This document shows positions 27,232 through 37,611 of a stretch of 64,000 nt of DNA, in pieces (the stretch's first letter is position 1; each line of letters begins with the position of its first letter). This DNA comes from an uncultured Clostridia bacterium (lineage in GTDB: Bacteria; Bacillota; Clostridia; TANB77; CAG-508), in the NCBI GenBank assembly GCA_944387545.1, contig CALXFE010000005.1, positions 12,803-76,802 of the forward strand, in the 5' to 3' direction. The notes under the pieces were generated by a model, which was given only the letters and a program-made list of their open reading frames with translations, ran no database searches and had not been told where the DNA came from. The position numbers were made by a program, and so were the translations under genes.

Positions 27232-29227
27232 ACATTTTGACAACTAATTTATTAAATTTACTATTGATATAGTTTTCCAATTTTGTCATAAACTCTTCAG
27301 GTTTAATTTCTTTTTTCGCTACCATATCTAATCCCTTTTCCCAACTCGCTGTTAATTTTGGGTTTAACATATCTGGCATAGATTGCATTACAATATCATA
27401 GATATATTCTCCTTTTTGACTTGGTGTAATGATTTGGGTTTTATTATTAATTTCTATGTAATTAATTTTTTCTAATTTTTTAATAATTTCTCCTCTTGTT
27501 GCACTTGTTCCAATTCCCGCACCTTTTATTTGTTCTCTTAATTCCTCTTCTTCAATTAATTTTCCTGCATTTTCCATCGCTAGAATAATCGAACCAGAAT
27601 TATATCTGTTTGGTGGAGACGTTTCTGCTTCTTTAATTTCAAAATTTTTAATTAAAATTTCCTGTCCCTTTTTTAATTTTTTTAGAATTTCTAAATCTGA
27701 TGATTTGTTTTCACTATTTTCCTTTTCTTCGTCTTTATTTTCCACATCTTGCACACTATTTGTGGATTTCTTCTTTTTATTTTCTTGTTTATCCACTGGT
27801 TTTAAAATTTCTAAAAATCCTTGATTCACACATACTCTTCCACTTGTTGTAAAAGTTTCTTTTTTTTCTTCATCCATTTCCACTTCAATCGTTAACTGAA
27901 TTTTATTGTATTCTGCTGGTGGATAAAAAATGGCTAAAAAACGTTTTACAATCACCAGATAAATATCTTTTTGTAATTGTGGTAAACTATTGAAATTTTC
28001 ATAACCTTGCCCTGTTGGAATAATGGCATAGTGATCTGTAATTTTACTGTCATTAACATATTTGGTTTTTGTCAAATTCGTAGAATATTTTTCTTCTACC
28101 ATTTTCTTAATATATCCTTGAATTTCTTCGTCTTTACATCCTTTAGCAATTCCATTTAAGTTCTTGTTAATTTCTTTACTAACCGCTGTTGATAATACTC
28201 TGGCATCTGTTCTAGGATAGGTAACCAATTTCTTTTCATACAAATTTTGGATAATCTCTAATGTTTCATCTGGTTTGATTTTAAATCGTTTAGTACACTC
28301 ATTTTGAATTTCTGCTAAATTGAATAATAATGGTGCATTTTCTTTTTGTTTTGATTTTTTTAGTTCTGTTATGATTGCTTTTTTATTACTTAAGCTTAAA
28401 ATAAAATCTTTTGCATCTTTTTCCTTCTTAAATCCAGTTTCATTATATAATTTAGGAGATTCCCATACAGTAGATGTTTCTGTTGCCTTCCAATCTGCTT
28501 TAAAAGATGCTTGTTCTTCTCCAAATTCTCCAATAATCTTATAATATTTTGTTTTGACAAAATTTCGAATTTCTCTTTCGCGAGATACAACCATTCCTAA
28601 TACACAAGTCATGACTCTTCCCACAGAAATAGAAGCTCTATCTTCATGAATATTTTGTGCTAATCTTCTACCAAATATGATAGATAATAATCTGGAAAAA
28701 TTGATTCCTATTAAGTAATCCTCTTTTGCTCTTAAATACGCACTATCTGATAAACTATCATATTCTGACATATCTTTGGCTTCTCGAATACCTCTTAGAA
28801 TTTCTTCTTCTGTTTGAGAATCTATCCATACTCTTTTCATTTTGGCTTTTGGATTTGGTTTTGCCATCATAAAGACAAGTCTTTGTATATATTCTCCTTC
28901 TCTTCCAGAGTCTCCTGCATTATATATTTCTTCTATGTCTTCTCTTTGTAGTAATTGTTGCACAATCTGAAATTGATTTTGCACTTGTGGTATAATTTCA
29001 TATTTCCATTCCTCTGGAATAAATGGTAATGTATCTAATCTCCAAAACTTTAGTTTTTCATCATATTTTTCTGGATAACTCATCGTAACTAAATGTCCTA
29101 CACACCAAGTGATAATCCAGTCATTCGATTCTAAATACCCATTCTTTCTACTGGTTGTTATTTTTAATGCCTTTGCAAATTCCATTGCTACTGATGGCTT
29201 TTCTGTTATAATTAATTTCTTGCTCAA
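27230..29227 (-). CDS. topB: Type IA topoisomerase, topoisomerase III-like
   Basis: TOPRIM ITEKPSVA, WCVGHL, AGDSGREGE, SVGRVMT, catalytic LVTYPRTD, DHYAIIPT and GIGTSATR; no zinc ribbons. TTG 29227 follows AAAGGA. Confidence 0.88.
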   Translation of the reverse strand: MSKKLIITEKPSVAMEFAKALKITTSRKNGYLESNDWIITWCVGHLVTMSYPEKYDEKLKFWRLDTLPFIPEEWKYEIIPQVQNQFQIVQQLLQREDIEEIYNAGDSGREGEYIQRLVFMMAKPNPKAKMKRVWIDSQTEEEILRGIREAKDMSEYDSLSDSAYLRAKEDYLIGINFSRLLSIIFGRRLAQNIHEDRASISVGRVMTCVLGMVVSREREIRNFVKTKYYKIIGEFGEEQASFKADWKATETSTVWESPKLYNETGFKKEKDAKDFILSLSNKKAIITELKKSKQKENAPLLFNLAEIQNECTKRFKIKPDETLEIIQNLYEKKLVTYPRTDARVLSTAVSKEINKNLNGIAKGCKDEEIQGYIKKMVEEKYSTNLTKTKYVNDSKITDHYAIIPTGQGYENFNSLPQLQKDIYLVIVKRFLAIFYPPAEYNKIQLTIEVEMDEEKKETFTTSGRVCVNQGFLEILKPVDKQENKKKKSTNSVQDVENKDEEKENSENKSSDLEILKKLKKGQEILIKNFEIKEAETSPPNRYNSGSIILAMENAGKLIEEEELREQIKGAGIGTSATRGEIIKKLEKINYIEINNKTQIITPSQKGEYIYDIVMQSMPDMLNPKLTASWEKGLDMVAKKEIKPEEFMTKLENYINSKFNKLVVKM

Positions 29228-29232
29228 CACGA

Positions 29233-30006
29233 TCATCCTTTTATTTTTTCTTCTATATATTGATTTAAAAATGCTTGTACTTCTTTCATTTTATTTCTAG
29301 TATGTGCATCTTCAAAGTGAAATCTTTCAAATATTTTATTGATATAGTTTTCACTTTGAATAATTTCAAAAGATGCTTTGTAGTTAATATCAAATAAAAA
29401 TGTTAACATGATTAATACACTTATCAATTTTCCTTTTTCGTTAATTTCATTTCTATTTATTAGGTTTTTCTGATATATTTTATTTATAATTTCTTCATGT
29501 ATTGTTGATTGATTGATTTCTTGTATCTCTTTATCATCATAAAAGATTTCTGATGCTTCATAAAAAATATCTACTTTATCAGCATCTCTTATGATTTTAC
29601 AAAACATTTCTTGTTTTGGATTACATCCATTTTCTATTTTAAATTTATTATGATTTTTGATTGCTAAATAGATGATATCTATGTATGTTTCATTATCTAC
29701 ATAGTTTTTTATATAATCATCCTTCTTTAAAATTTCTACAGCTAAATCTCCATGATCAATACTGTCTCTATCTCTAAAAGTAGCATATTTCGTAAATTGC
29801 TCAAATCTTGCTATATCATGTAACAAACCAATTAAAGTTGCTATTTGTATTTCTTCATCACTTAAATTTAAATTCTTAGCAATCTTATTAGATACTTTCA
29901 TAACCCTTAATGAATGTAATTGTTTTCTTTTTAAATTGTCATTTTCTAAATCAAATTTTCTAATATATTTTAAAAATTCATTTTCTGCCTTCTCTAAGTC
30001 TATCAT
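29233..30006 (-). CDS. HD-domain phosphohydrolase (paralog 2)
   Basis: HSLRV, GLLHDIARFEQ, DHG, NHNK and IIRDADKVD motifs. Confidence 0.88.
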   Translation of the reverse strand: MIDLEKAENEFLKYIRKFDLENDNLKRKQLHSLRVMKVSNKIAKNLNLSDEEIQIATLIGLLHDIARFEQFTKYATFRDRDSIDHGDLAVEILKKDDYIKNYVDNETYIDIIYLAIKNHNKFKIENGCNPKQEMFCKIIRDADKVDIFYEASEIFYDDKEIQEINQSTIHEEIINKIYQKNLINRNEINEKGKLISVLIMLTFLFDINYKASFEIIQSENYINKIFERFHFEDAHTRNKMKEVQAFLNQYIEEKIKG

Positions 30007-30045
30007 CTTCAACGCCTTACCTCTCTATATTTCTTTTACTATTTT

Positions 30046-30822
30046 TTATTTAATTGTCTTCATATACTCTACTATCTTATTATATATATTTTTATATCGC
30101 TTCATTGTTTCTGAATCATGAAACTCAAATCGATTATATATTTTTTCTATATAATTTTGTTGTTTTATATATTGAATACTCTCTGGAAAATTAAAATCAA
30201 AAATATATGCAAAATGTCCTACTAAGCTATCTGCATTTGATTTCCTTTTTTCATAGTCTATCCTTCCATTTTTCATAAATTCTTCGTATATTTCTTCACT
30301 AATCACATCATCTGCTAAATCCGCTTTCTCCCAAGCAGTTTCCTTTTTTTCATAAGTCAATATATATAATATATCCATTTTGTCACTATCTCTAATTATT
30401 TTTGTATGTAATAGTTCTCGTGTTGTTAAATTGTCTGGAATATCAGATACATTTTTATTATGATTTAGGATTGCCTTTTTTATAATTTCATCATATTGAT
30501 TATCTTCTATAAATTCCCTAATAATTCTATCTTTTTTATCAAATAAAATATGTACACCTAATTCTCCATGATTAACACTTTTTTTATCATTAAAGGTATT
30601 AAATTTTTTTACTTGTTCAAATCTTCCAATATCATGAAGCAAACCAATTAATTCAGCTAATTTAATATCTTCCTCCTTTAACTTCAAATTTATTGCTAAT
30701 TTTTTAGCTATCTGTGATACTCTTTCTATATGCGCAACTTTTAATTTTATTTTATCATTTTTTATATCATATTTTTTTACATATTCTGCAAATGCCTTTT
30801 TCGCTTTTAGCATGTCTATCAT
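30046..30822 (-). CDS. HD-domain phosphohydrolase (paralog 1)
   Basis: HIERV, GLLHDIGRFEQ, NHG, NHNK and IIRDSDKMD motifs. ATG 30822 follows GAGGTG. Confidence 0.88.
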   Translation of the reverse strand: MIDMLKAKKAFAEYVKKYDIKNDKIKLKVAHIERVSQIAKKLAINLKLKEEDIKLAELIGLLHDIGRFEQVKKFNTFNDKKSVNHGELGVHILFDKKDRIIREFIEDNQYDEIIKKAILNHNKNVSDIPDNLTTRELLHTKIIRDSDKMDILYILTYEKKETAWEKADLADDVISEEIYEEFMKNGRIDYEKRKSNADSLVGHFAYIFDFNFPESIQYIKQQNYIEKIYNRFEFHDSETMKRYKNIYNKIVEYMKTIK

Positions 30823-30924
30823 ATTTTCCACCTCATTTTGCATTCTATCATTTTTCATTTTTTATTTCAAGTTTGGATTTTATATCGTTATACCTGTAAT
30901 TCTCTATGAATTCGTGATTTTCTC

Positions 30925-30953
30925 TTGAAACTCATACCTTTTTGTTATATAAT
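30925..30953 (+). promoter_or_regulatory. Sigma-A promoter of leuS
   Basis: TTGAAA-17-TATAAT. Confidence 0.7.
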
Positions 30954-30990
30954 ACGGCTTATATAAGATTTGAAAGGACGGATTAGAAGC

Positions 30991-33414
30991 ATGAGTTATA
31001 ACTTTAAAGAAACCGAAAAAAAATGGCAGGATAAATGGTATGCCGAAGGAACTTTTAATGCCAAAAATGATTTTACTATGAAAAAATGGTATGGATTAAT
31101 TGAATTTCCTTATCCATCAGGTCAAGGACTTCATGTAGGACATCCTAGAAGCTATACCGCATTAGATATTATTGCTAGAAAAAGAAGAATGCAAGGATAT
31201 AATGTGTTATTCCCAATTGGATTTGATGCTTTTGGACTACCTGCTGAAAACTATGCTATTAAAAATCATATTCATCCAAAAATTACAACTGAAAAAAATA
31301 TTAATCATTTTAGAGAACAATTAAAATCTATCGGTTTTTCTTTTGATTGGTCAAGAGAAATTAATACCACTGACCCAGAATATTATAAATGGACACAATG
31401 GATTTTTATCCAATTATATAAACATGGATTAGCCTATAAAGCTACCATGCCAATCAATTTCTGTACAGGCTGCAAGGTAGGACTTGCAAATGAGGAAGTG
31501 GTAAACGGTGTTTGTGAAAGATGTGGCAGTCCAGTTGTTCAAAAAGAGAAAAGCCAATGGATGTTAAGAATTACAAAATATGCCCAAAGATTAATTGATG
31601 ATTTAGATGATGTAGATTACTTAGATAAAATTAAAGCACAACAAAAAAATTGGATTGGCCGTTCTGAAGGTGCAGAAGTTACTTTTAAAATTGCTGATTC
31701 TAATGAAACTTTAACTGTCTACACAACTAGGCCGGATACTTTATTTGGTGCAACATACATGGTAGTTGCTCCAGAACACCATATAATTGATAAATTATCA
31801 GATAAAATCACCAATATGGATGAAATTGAAGAATATAAACACCAAGCTTCTTTAAAATCTGATTTTGAAAGAGCCGAATTAAATAAAGAAAAAACAGGTT
31901 GTGAAATTAAAGGCATTAAAGCCATTAATCCATTAACAAATGAAGAAATTCCTATATGGATTTCTGATTATGTTTTAATTACTTATGGTACAGGTAGCAT
32001 TATGGCTGTACCTGGACATGATACACGTGACCACGAATTTGCAAAAAAATTTCATTTACCAATTGTTCAAGTTATTAGACCCGCTGATGAAACAATTCAA
32101 TGCGATATTGATAAAGAAGCTTTTACAGATGTTGAAACTGGTATATTAATGAATTCTGGATTTTTAAATGATTTACCAGTTGTAGAAGCCAAGAAAAAAG
32201 TCATTAGCTATTTAGAAGATCATCACATTGGTAAAAAACAAGTAAATTATAAATTACGTGATTGGGTATTTTCTAGGCAACGTTATTGGGGTGAACCAAT
32301 TCCTATGGTTTATTGTGAAAAATGTGGTTGGGTTCCTATTCCAGAAGAAGAATTACCTTTAAAATTACCTGAAGTTGAAGATTATGAACCAAGTGAAAAT
32401 GGTGAATCACCTCTTGCAAGACATGAAGAATGGGTGAATACAACTTGTCCTCATTGTGGTGGAAAAGCAAGAAGAGAAACAGATACAATGCCTCAATGGG
32501 CTGGTTCTTCTTGGTATTACCTAAGATACATGGATGCTCATAATGATAAAGCATTAGCTTCAAAAGAAGCTCTAGAATACTGGTCACCTGTTGATTGGTA
32601 TAATGGTGGTATGGAACATACAACACTTCACTTACTATACTCAAGATTTTGGCATAAATTCTTATATGATATTGGTGTTGTTCCAACCAAAGAACCATAT
32701 CAAAAACGTACTTCTCATGGAATGATTTTAGGAAGCAATGGAGAAAAAATGTCTAAATCAAAAGGAAATGTTGTGAATCCAGATGACATTGTCAATGAGT
32801 TTGGTGCAGACGCTTTTAGAGTTTATGAAATGTTCATGGGACCTTTTGACCAAACAGCACCATGGTCTATGGAAAGTATTAGAGGTTGTGCAAAATTCCT
32901 AGACAGAGTTTGGAATCTTCAAACTTTACTAGTAGATGGTGAAGAATATTCTCCAAAATTTGAAAAAGCAATGCATAGAGCCATTAAAAAAGTATCTTCT
33001 GATATCGAAGAAATGAAATTTAACACAGCTGTTTCAACCTTTATGACTTTAGTAAATGATTTTTATAAAGAAAAGACAATTAACAAAGCAGAATTTAAAA
33101 CTTTCTTACAATTATTAAATCCTTTTGCACCACATATAACAGAAGAACTTTGGCAAACAGTATTGGGTGGCACAGAAATGCTAGCGTATATGGAATGGCC
33201 TACATATGAGGAAGCCAAAACAATCGCTGATGAAATTACTTTACCTATACAATTTAATGGTAAATTAAAAGCAACCATTACAATCTCTTTAGATGAACCT
33301 GAAGAAAGTGTTAAGGAAAAAGTACATCAAGCTGTTGAAGATAAATTGGGAAATAAAACGATTGTAAAAGAAATTTATGTTAAGAATAAAATTTATAATA
33401 TTGTTGTAAAATAA
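30991..33414 (+). CDS. leuS: Leucine--tRNA ligase
   Basis: [13 protein letters not shown] (HIGH), [10 protein letters not shown], editing domain [13 protein letters not shown], and KMSKSKGN motifs. Confidence 0.98.
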   Translation: MSYNFKETEKKWQDKWYAEGTFNAKNDFTMKKWYGLIEFPYPSGQGLHVGHPRSYTALDIIARKRRMQGYNVLFPIGFDAFGLPAENYAIKNHIHPKITTEKNINHFREQLKSIGFSFDWSREINTTDPEYYKWTQWIFIQLYKHGLAYKATMPINFCTGCKVGLANEEVVNGVCERCGSPVVQKEKSQWMLRITKYAQRLIDDLDDVDYLDKIKAQQKNWIGRSEGAEVTFKIADSNETLTVYTTRPDTLFGATYMVVAPEHHIIDKLSDKITNMDEIEEYKHQASLKSDFERAELNKEKTGCEIKGIKAINPLTNEEIPIWISDYVLITYGTGSIMAVPGHDTRDHEFAKKFHLPIVQVIRPADETIQCDIDKEAFTDVETGILMNSGFLNDLPVVEAKKKVISYLEDHHIGKKQVNYKLRDWVFSRQRYWGEPIPMVYCEKCGWVPIPEEELPLKLPEVEDYEPSENGESPLARHEEWVNTTCPHCGGKARRETDTMPQWAGSSWYYLRYMDAHNDKALASKEALEYWSPVDWYNGGMEHTTLHLLYSRFWHKFLYDIGVVPTKEPYQKRTSHGMILGSNGEKMSKSKGNVVNPDDIVNEFGADAFRVYEMFMGPFDQTAPWSMESIRGCAKFLDRVWNLQTLLVDGEEYSPKFEKAMHRAIKKVSSDIEEMKFNTAVSTFMTLVNDFYKEKTINKAEFKTFLQLLNPFAPHITEELWQTVLGGTEMLAYMEWPTYEEAKTIADEITLPIQFNGKLKATITISLDEPEESVKEKVHQAVEDKLGNKTIVKEIYVKNKIYNIVVK

Positions 33415-33429
33415 ATCATTACATTCATG

Positions 33430-33468
33430 AAAAGCCTATTAGTTATAAAAGCTTACTAGTAGGCTTTT
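33430..33468. terminator. Bidirectional terminator after leuS
   Basis: AAAAGCCTATTAGT...ACTAGTAGGCTTTT inverted repeat. Confidence 0.7.
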
Positions 33469-34058
33469 ATGTATTTTGAATTTTTGAGTTTAAAATATAC
33501 AATTGATCATCATGTTTTTCTAATATATTTTCACATTTTGTTACTCGATTATCCTGTTCTTTTATTTTTTCTGTATTTACCTTAAATGCATCAAATAAGG
33601 CAACTAATTTTTCTCCATGTTCCACTTCTATTCTTGCTACAGAACCACTAATATTTCGTAATTCTTGTTTTATTTTTGGTATTTCTTCCAGCTGTTTTTT
33701 TGATTTTTGGTATCTCTTCCAGCTGTTTTTTGATTTTTGGTATTTCTTCCAGCTGTTTTTTGATTTTTGGTATCTCTTCCAGCTGTTTTTTGATTTTTGG
33801 TATCTCTTCCAGCTGTTTTTTGATTTTTGGTATTTCATCCAGCTGTTTTCTGATTTCTGGTATCTCTTCCAACTGCTTTTTCATTTTCGGTATCTCTTCC
33901 AGCTGCTTTTTGATTTCTGGTATCTCTTCCAGCTGTTTTTTGATTTCTGGTATTCCATCCAATTGTTTTTTCATTTCTGGTATATCTTTTACTTTGTCTT
34001 TTGTTTCTTGCAATTCTTCATATATTTTCAAAAGTAGATCTCGGTTTGTGTTACGCAT
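33467..34058 (-). pseudogene. Coiled-coil 10-aa repeat protein split by a +1 nt frameshift (pseudogene, phase-variable allele or sequencing error)
   Basis: ORF-track pieces 33648-34085 and 33467-33838 join in frame if one A is removed from the A7 run at 33695-33701 (A6 in sister repeats), giving about 196 aa from ATG 34058 (RBS AGGAGG). Confidence 0.75.
33678..33985. repeat. 30-nt tandem repeat, 10 full units plus a partial unit (encodes IPKIKKQLEE)
   Basis: Unit GGTATCTCTTCCAGCTGTTTTTTGATTTTT repeated head to tail without spacers; the unit at 33678 is 31 nt. Confidence 0.95.
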
Positions 34059-34292
34059 TCTTTCCCTCCTTTCTTTTTTTGACATTATATATTCTAAAAC
34101 TTATAATGTCAACAAAAACATTTCGACAAAATTCTACATTTATACGATTCTTATTTTACTTTTCTCAGATTTATCATTTTATCATCAACTTTTGTCATGA
34201 AACTGTAAAGAAGATTTAATCATATTGAAATATTCTTTATTCTTTCTTATAGTATAATATGGTTAGATAATTATAGACTAAGGAGAACAGAA

Positions 34293-35396
34293 ATGAGTAT
34301 AAAATCTGATTTAAAAAAAGATGGAATCGAAATAACTCAAAAATTAGATACCCTAAAGATTAATTCTATTGCTAAAAATATTGCATCTAAATTATGTCAA
34401 ACCTTTCCTTCTTATGGATTAAATGAAAATGACTTATTTATAAAATTATCCAGACTAGATATGTATAAAGCGAAAATGCCTGAAGGAATGGCAGAGGCAA
34501 ATTATTATTATAAAAATACGTCTATTTATTTTAATGAACATATTCCGGAAGAAGATATGGAAGAATTTGCTATTCATGAATGTATTCACTATCTTCAAGA
34601 AATAAAAGATAAAAGAAATTATTTATTAAAAATGGGATTATGCGATTATACAGAATTTAAAATCTATGGATTAGGATTAAATGAAGCAGCTGTTCAATTA
34701 ATGTCATCAAAAGTCATTGGTATACCAAAGGATTATGTAAAATATTTTGGAATTAGCTTTGAAACAACAAGTCCTTCTTACTATCCTTTAGAATGTTGTT
34801 TAGTAAATCAATTAGCATATATTACAGGTGAAGATGTTTTATTTAAAAGTACACTAAATAGTGATGATAATTTTAAAATGAAATTTTCTGAATTAACATC
34901 ACAAAAAACATTTATGGCTATTCAAAATGCTATTGACGATATTTTATTCGCAGAAGAAGATATCATCAAATTAAATAATAAAATTGCTTTAATTGATGAT
35001 AGAAACAAAAAAGTAGATGACATGGTAAAAAAGATTGATAATTTAAAGGAAAAAATCAAATTGACATTTTTAAGAACACAAAATTTGATCATATCTAGTT
35101 ATTTTGATAAAGCATTTTTACATATACAAAATTTAGAACAATTGGAAAATTATAGAAAGAAATTATATAATTTTAAATCTTATTTAGGATTTGCTGAAGG
35201 CTATACATTTTTTAATGACTATTATGTTGAAAAAATGTCACAATTAGAACATAAATACAATATCTTAGAAAACGGTGGAATCGAAACGGCTATTAATATT
35301 AGAACCAAAAAAGAAAGTAAAATAATTTCTTTATTTAAAGCTATTAAAAGACTAATATTGGGAAATTCATCTGAAGCAGAAAATAACGACATATAA
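34293..35396 (+). CDS. Hypothetical protein, putative cytoplasmic zincin-type metallopeptidase
   Basis: AIHECIHYLQE (HEXXH) followed about 25 aa later by GLNEAAV; no signal peptide. Confidence 0.6.
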   Translation: MSIKSDLKKDGIEITQKLDTLKINSIAKNIASKLCQTFPSYGLNENDLFIKLSRLDMYKAKMPEGMAEANYYYKNTSIYFNEHIPEEDMEEFAIHECIHYLQEIKDKRNYLLKMGLCDYTEFKIYGLGLNEAAVQLMSSKVIGIPKDYVKYFGISFETTSPSYYPLECCLVNQLAYITGEDVLFKSTLNSDDNFKMKFSELTSQKTFMAIQNAIDDILFAEEDIIKLNNKIALIDDRNKKVDDMVKKIDNLKEKIKLTFLRTQNLIISSYFDKAFLHIQNLEQLENYRKKLYNFKSYLGFAEGYTFFNDYYVEKMSQLEHKYNILENGGIETAINIRTKKESKIISLFKAIKRLILGNSSEAENNDI

Positions 35397-35483
35397 ACGC
35401 AGTACATCATAAGCAAAAACACTTTAATGAAAAATATATTCATTAAAGTGTTTTATTTTCTAATTGCATGTCTTTAATATATA

Positions 35484-36737
35484 TTATATATTTTTTATTA
35501 TGTTTTTTGCAGCTTCTCTTCCTGAGTTTGCGGCCCAAGCAACTGTACCTTTGATTCCTGCTAAATCTCCACCTGAGTAAATTTTAGAATTCGAAGTTTT
35601 ATATTCATCATCTATTTGAATATTTCCCCATTTATTTAAATCTAGCCCCAAATCTTTTACATATTCTTGTGGTTTTGAACCTAATGCCATAACAATATAA
35701 TCTACATCTACTTGATAGTTACTATTTTCAATATTTACAGGAGATAATCTACTTTCTCCTTCTTTTTGAATTAATTTTGTTTTAATTAATTCAACTTTTT
35801 CAACTTTATTTTCTCCCAATATTTTCACAATATTATTTTGAAAAGCAAATTTTACCCCTTCCTTTTTAGCATCTAAAATTTCTTTTCTTTCTGCTGGCAT
35901 TTGTTCTTCTGCTCTTCTATAAACAACTGTTACCTCTTTTGCTCCTAATTTGTTTATCGTTCTAGCGCAGTCCATTGCCACATTTCCGCCACCTACGACA
36001 ATCACTTTTTTATTTGTGTAATCGGGATGTAAATTATATTCTAATAATTCATTTCCGCCATAAACGCCACTTAGCTCTTCACCTTCTACTCCCATTTTAG
36101 AAGAAACATTGGCACCTATACTCAAAAATATTGCATCATACTTTTCTTCTATTTCATTTAATGTAAAATCTTTTCCCAATTCTGTATGATACTTTACTGT
36201 AATTCCTAAATCTAAAATGTCTTTTACTGTTTGTTCTACTATTTCTTTTGGTAATCTAAAATTGGGTATCCCAAATATTAATAAACCACCTAAATAGTCA
36301 TACTTTTCGTATATAGTAACTTGTATTCCTGCTTTTGCTAAAAAAGCTGCACATGTTAATCCTGCAGGTCCCCCTCCAATAACTGCTACTTTTGTATTAT
36401 TCTTTTCTATCTTTTCATAACAATCTGATAAACGATATCCTAATGTATGAGCTGTATCAAAAGTATAAGCTTCTAATTCTCCTATGGAAACAGGTTCACC
36501 TTTTATTCCTCTAACACATGAACCTTGACATTGTTTTTCATGCGGACATATTCTGCCACACACTCCTGGTAAAACTGTCGTTTCTGATAAGATTTTATAA
36601 GCTTCTAAATATTCCTCACTTTTTAAAGCTTGTATAAAACCTGGAATATTATTATTTAATGGACAGCCTTTTTGTGAACATGGCTTTACTTTACAATTTA
36701 AACAATACTTTGTTTTTTCTGCTATTTCCCTTATCAC
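35484..36737 (-). CDS. FAD/NAD(P)-dependent Fe-S oxidoreductase (GltD/NfnB/PreT-like)
   Basis: CLNC..PC..GCP, GRICP.E.QC..SC, GGGPAGL, GGGNVAMDCAR, YRR and GGDL motifs. Confidence 0.88.
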   Translation of the reverse strand: MIREIAEKTKYCLNCKVKPCSQKGCPLNNNIPGFIQALKSEEYLEAYKILSETTVLPGVCGRICPHEKQCQGSCVRGIKGEPVSIGELEAYTFDTAHTLGYRLSDCYEKIEKNNTKVAVIGGGPAGLTCAAFLAKAGIQVTIYEKYDYLGGLLIFGIPNFRLPKEIVEQTVKDILDLGITVKYHTELGKDFTLNEIEEKYDAIFLSIGANVSSKMGVEGEELSGVYGGNELLEYNLHPDYTNKKVIVVGGGNVAMDCARTINKLGAKEVTVVYRRAEEQMPAERKEILDAKKEGVKFAFQNNIVKILGENKVEKVELIKTKLIQKEGESRLSPVNIENSNYQVDVDYIVMALGSKPQEYVKDLGLDLNKWGNIQIDDEYKTSNSKIYSGGDLAGIKGTVAWAANSGREAAKNIIKNI

Positions 36738-36787
36738 TTTTATTCCTCTTTTCTTTATTTATATCTTTTAATTTATCCATTCATATT

Positions 36788-36824
36788 TAGAAAAAGAATT
36801 GATTACGATCAATTCCTTTTTCTA
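36788..36824 (-). terminator. Terminator-like hairpin between the UDG gene and the oxidoreductase
   Basis: TAGAAAAAG-AATTGAT / ATCAATT-C-CTTTTTCTA. Confidence 0.65.
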
Positions 36825-36839
36825 TCTTTTATCAAAAAT

Positions 36840-36868
36840 ATTTTACATTTTTTATTGTATTTCGTCAA
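36840..36868 (-). promoter_or_regulatory. Sigma-A promoter
   Basis: TTGACG-17-TAAAAT on the minus strand. Confidence 0.6.
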
Positions 36869-36928
36869 TAGAACTGACTTAATAGATTAACGATTTCACC
36901 AATTTTTTTATTTCTATTGAATGATTAT

Positions 36929-37483
36929 TTACATGAAATGCATTTCTTCCACTACTTTTTGTAAGTCTTTTATAAAATCAATTTTTTTTGTTTCATCTCT
37001 TAATAATGCTGCTGGATGCCAAGTAGGCATATATTTTATTCCCTTTTTTTCTATCCACTTTCCTCTAGATGCTGTGATACCATATTCTTGTCCCAAAATA
37101 TTTTTTAATGCAACACTTCCTAGTAAAACAATTATTTCTGGTTGTACAAGTATGACTTGATTTCTTAAATAATTCAGACATGCAGTTGCTTCATCTTCTT
37201 CTGGATTTCTATTAGCTGGTGGTCTACATTTTACGACATTTGCAATATATACATCGTTTCTGTTTATTCCTAAAGTCTCAAATGCCAAATTCATTAATTT
37301 TCCAGCTCTTCCTACAAAAGGTTCTCCCAATCTATCCTCGTCTGCTCCTGGACCTTCTCCAATAAACATTAACTTGGCATGCTTATTTCCGGTTCCAAAT
37401 ACGATATTTTGTCTTGTCTTACATAACTTACATTTGTTACAATCTTTAATTGATTCTTCTAATTCTTCCCATGTTTTAAACAT
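36929..37483 (-). CDS. Uracil-DNA glycosylase, family 4 (Fe-S)
   Basis: CNKCKLC, IGEGPG..ED..G.PFVGRAG, NVVKCRPP.NR and WHPAALLR motifs. Confidence 0.93.
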   Translation of the reverse strand: MFKTWEELEESIKDCNKCKLCKTRQNIVFGTGNKHAKLMFIGEGPGADEDRLGEPFVGRAGKLMNLAFETLGINRNDVYIANVVKCRPPANRNPEEDEATACLNYLRNQVILVQPEIIVLLGSVALKNILGQEYGITASRGKWIEKKGIKYMPTWHPAALLRDETKKIDFIKDLQKVVEEMHFM

Positions 37484-37611
37484 TTTTTCTTACATCCTTT
37501 ATTTATTATTTTTTATAAACGTTATATTTCTCCTTCTGTGTAAGCCATAATATCTATAAATTATTTCATTGCGAATATGATTGGAAAGCATATTGGAAAA
37601 TTTTATAATTT

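Noticed and set aside
33695-33701. Programmed -1 ribosomal frameshift or transcriptional slippage site
   Set aside because: Restoring the frame needs removal of one base (+1), not -1, and A7 is shorter than typical transcriptional slippage runs.
33678-33985. CRISPR array
   Set aside because: The 30-nt units are head to tail with no unique spacers, are in frame with a coding sequence, and no cas genes are present.
33676-34200. Plus-strand ORF with FGISSSCFLI repeats
   Set aside because: Antisense shadow of the tandem-repeat gene; no RBS support.
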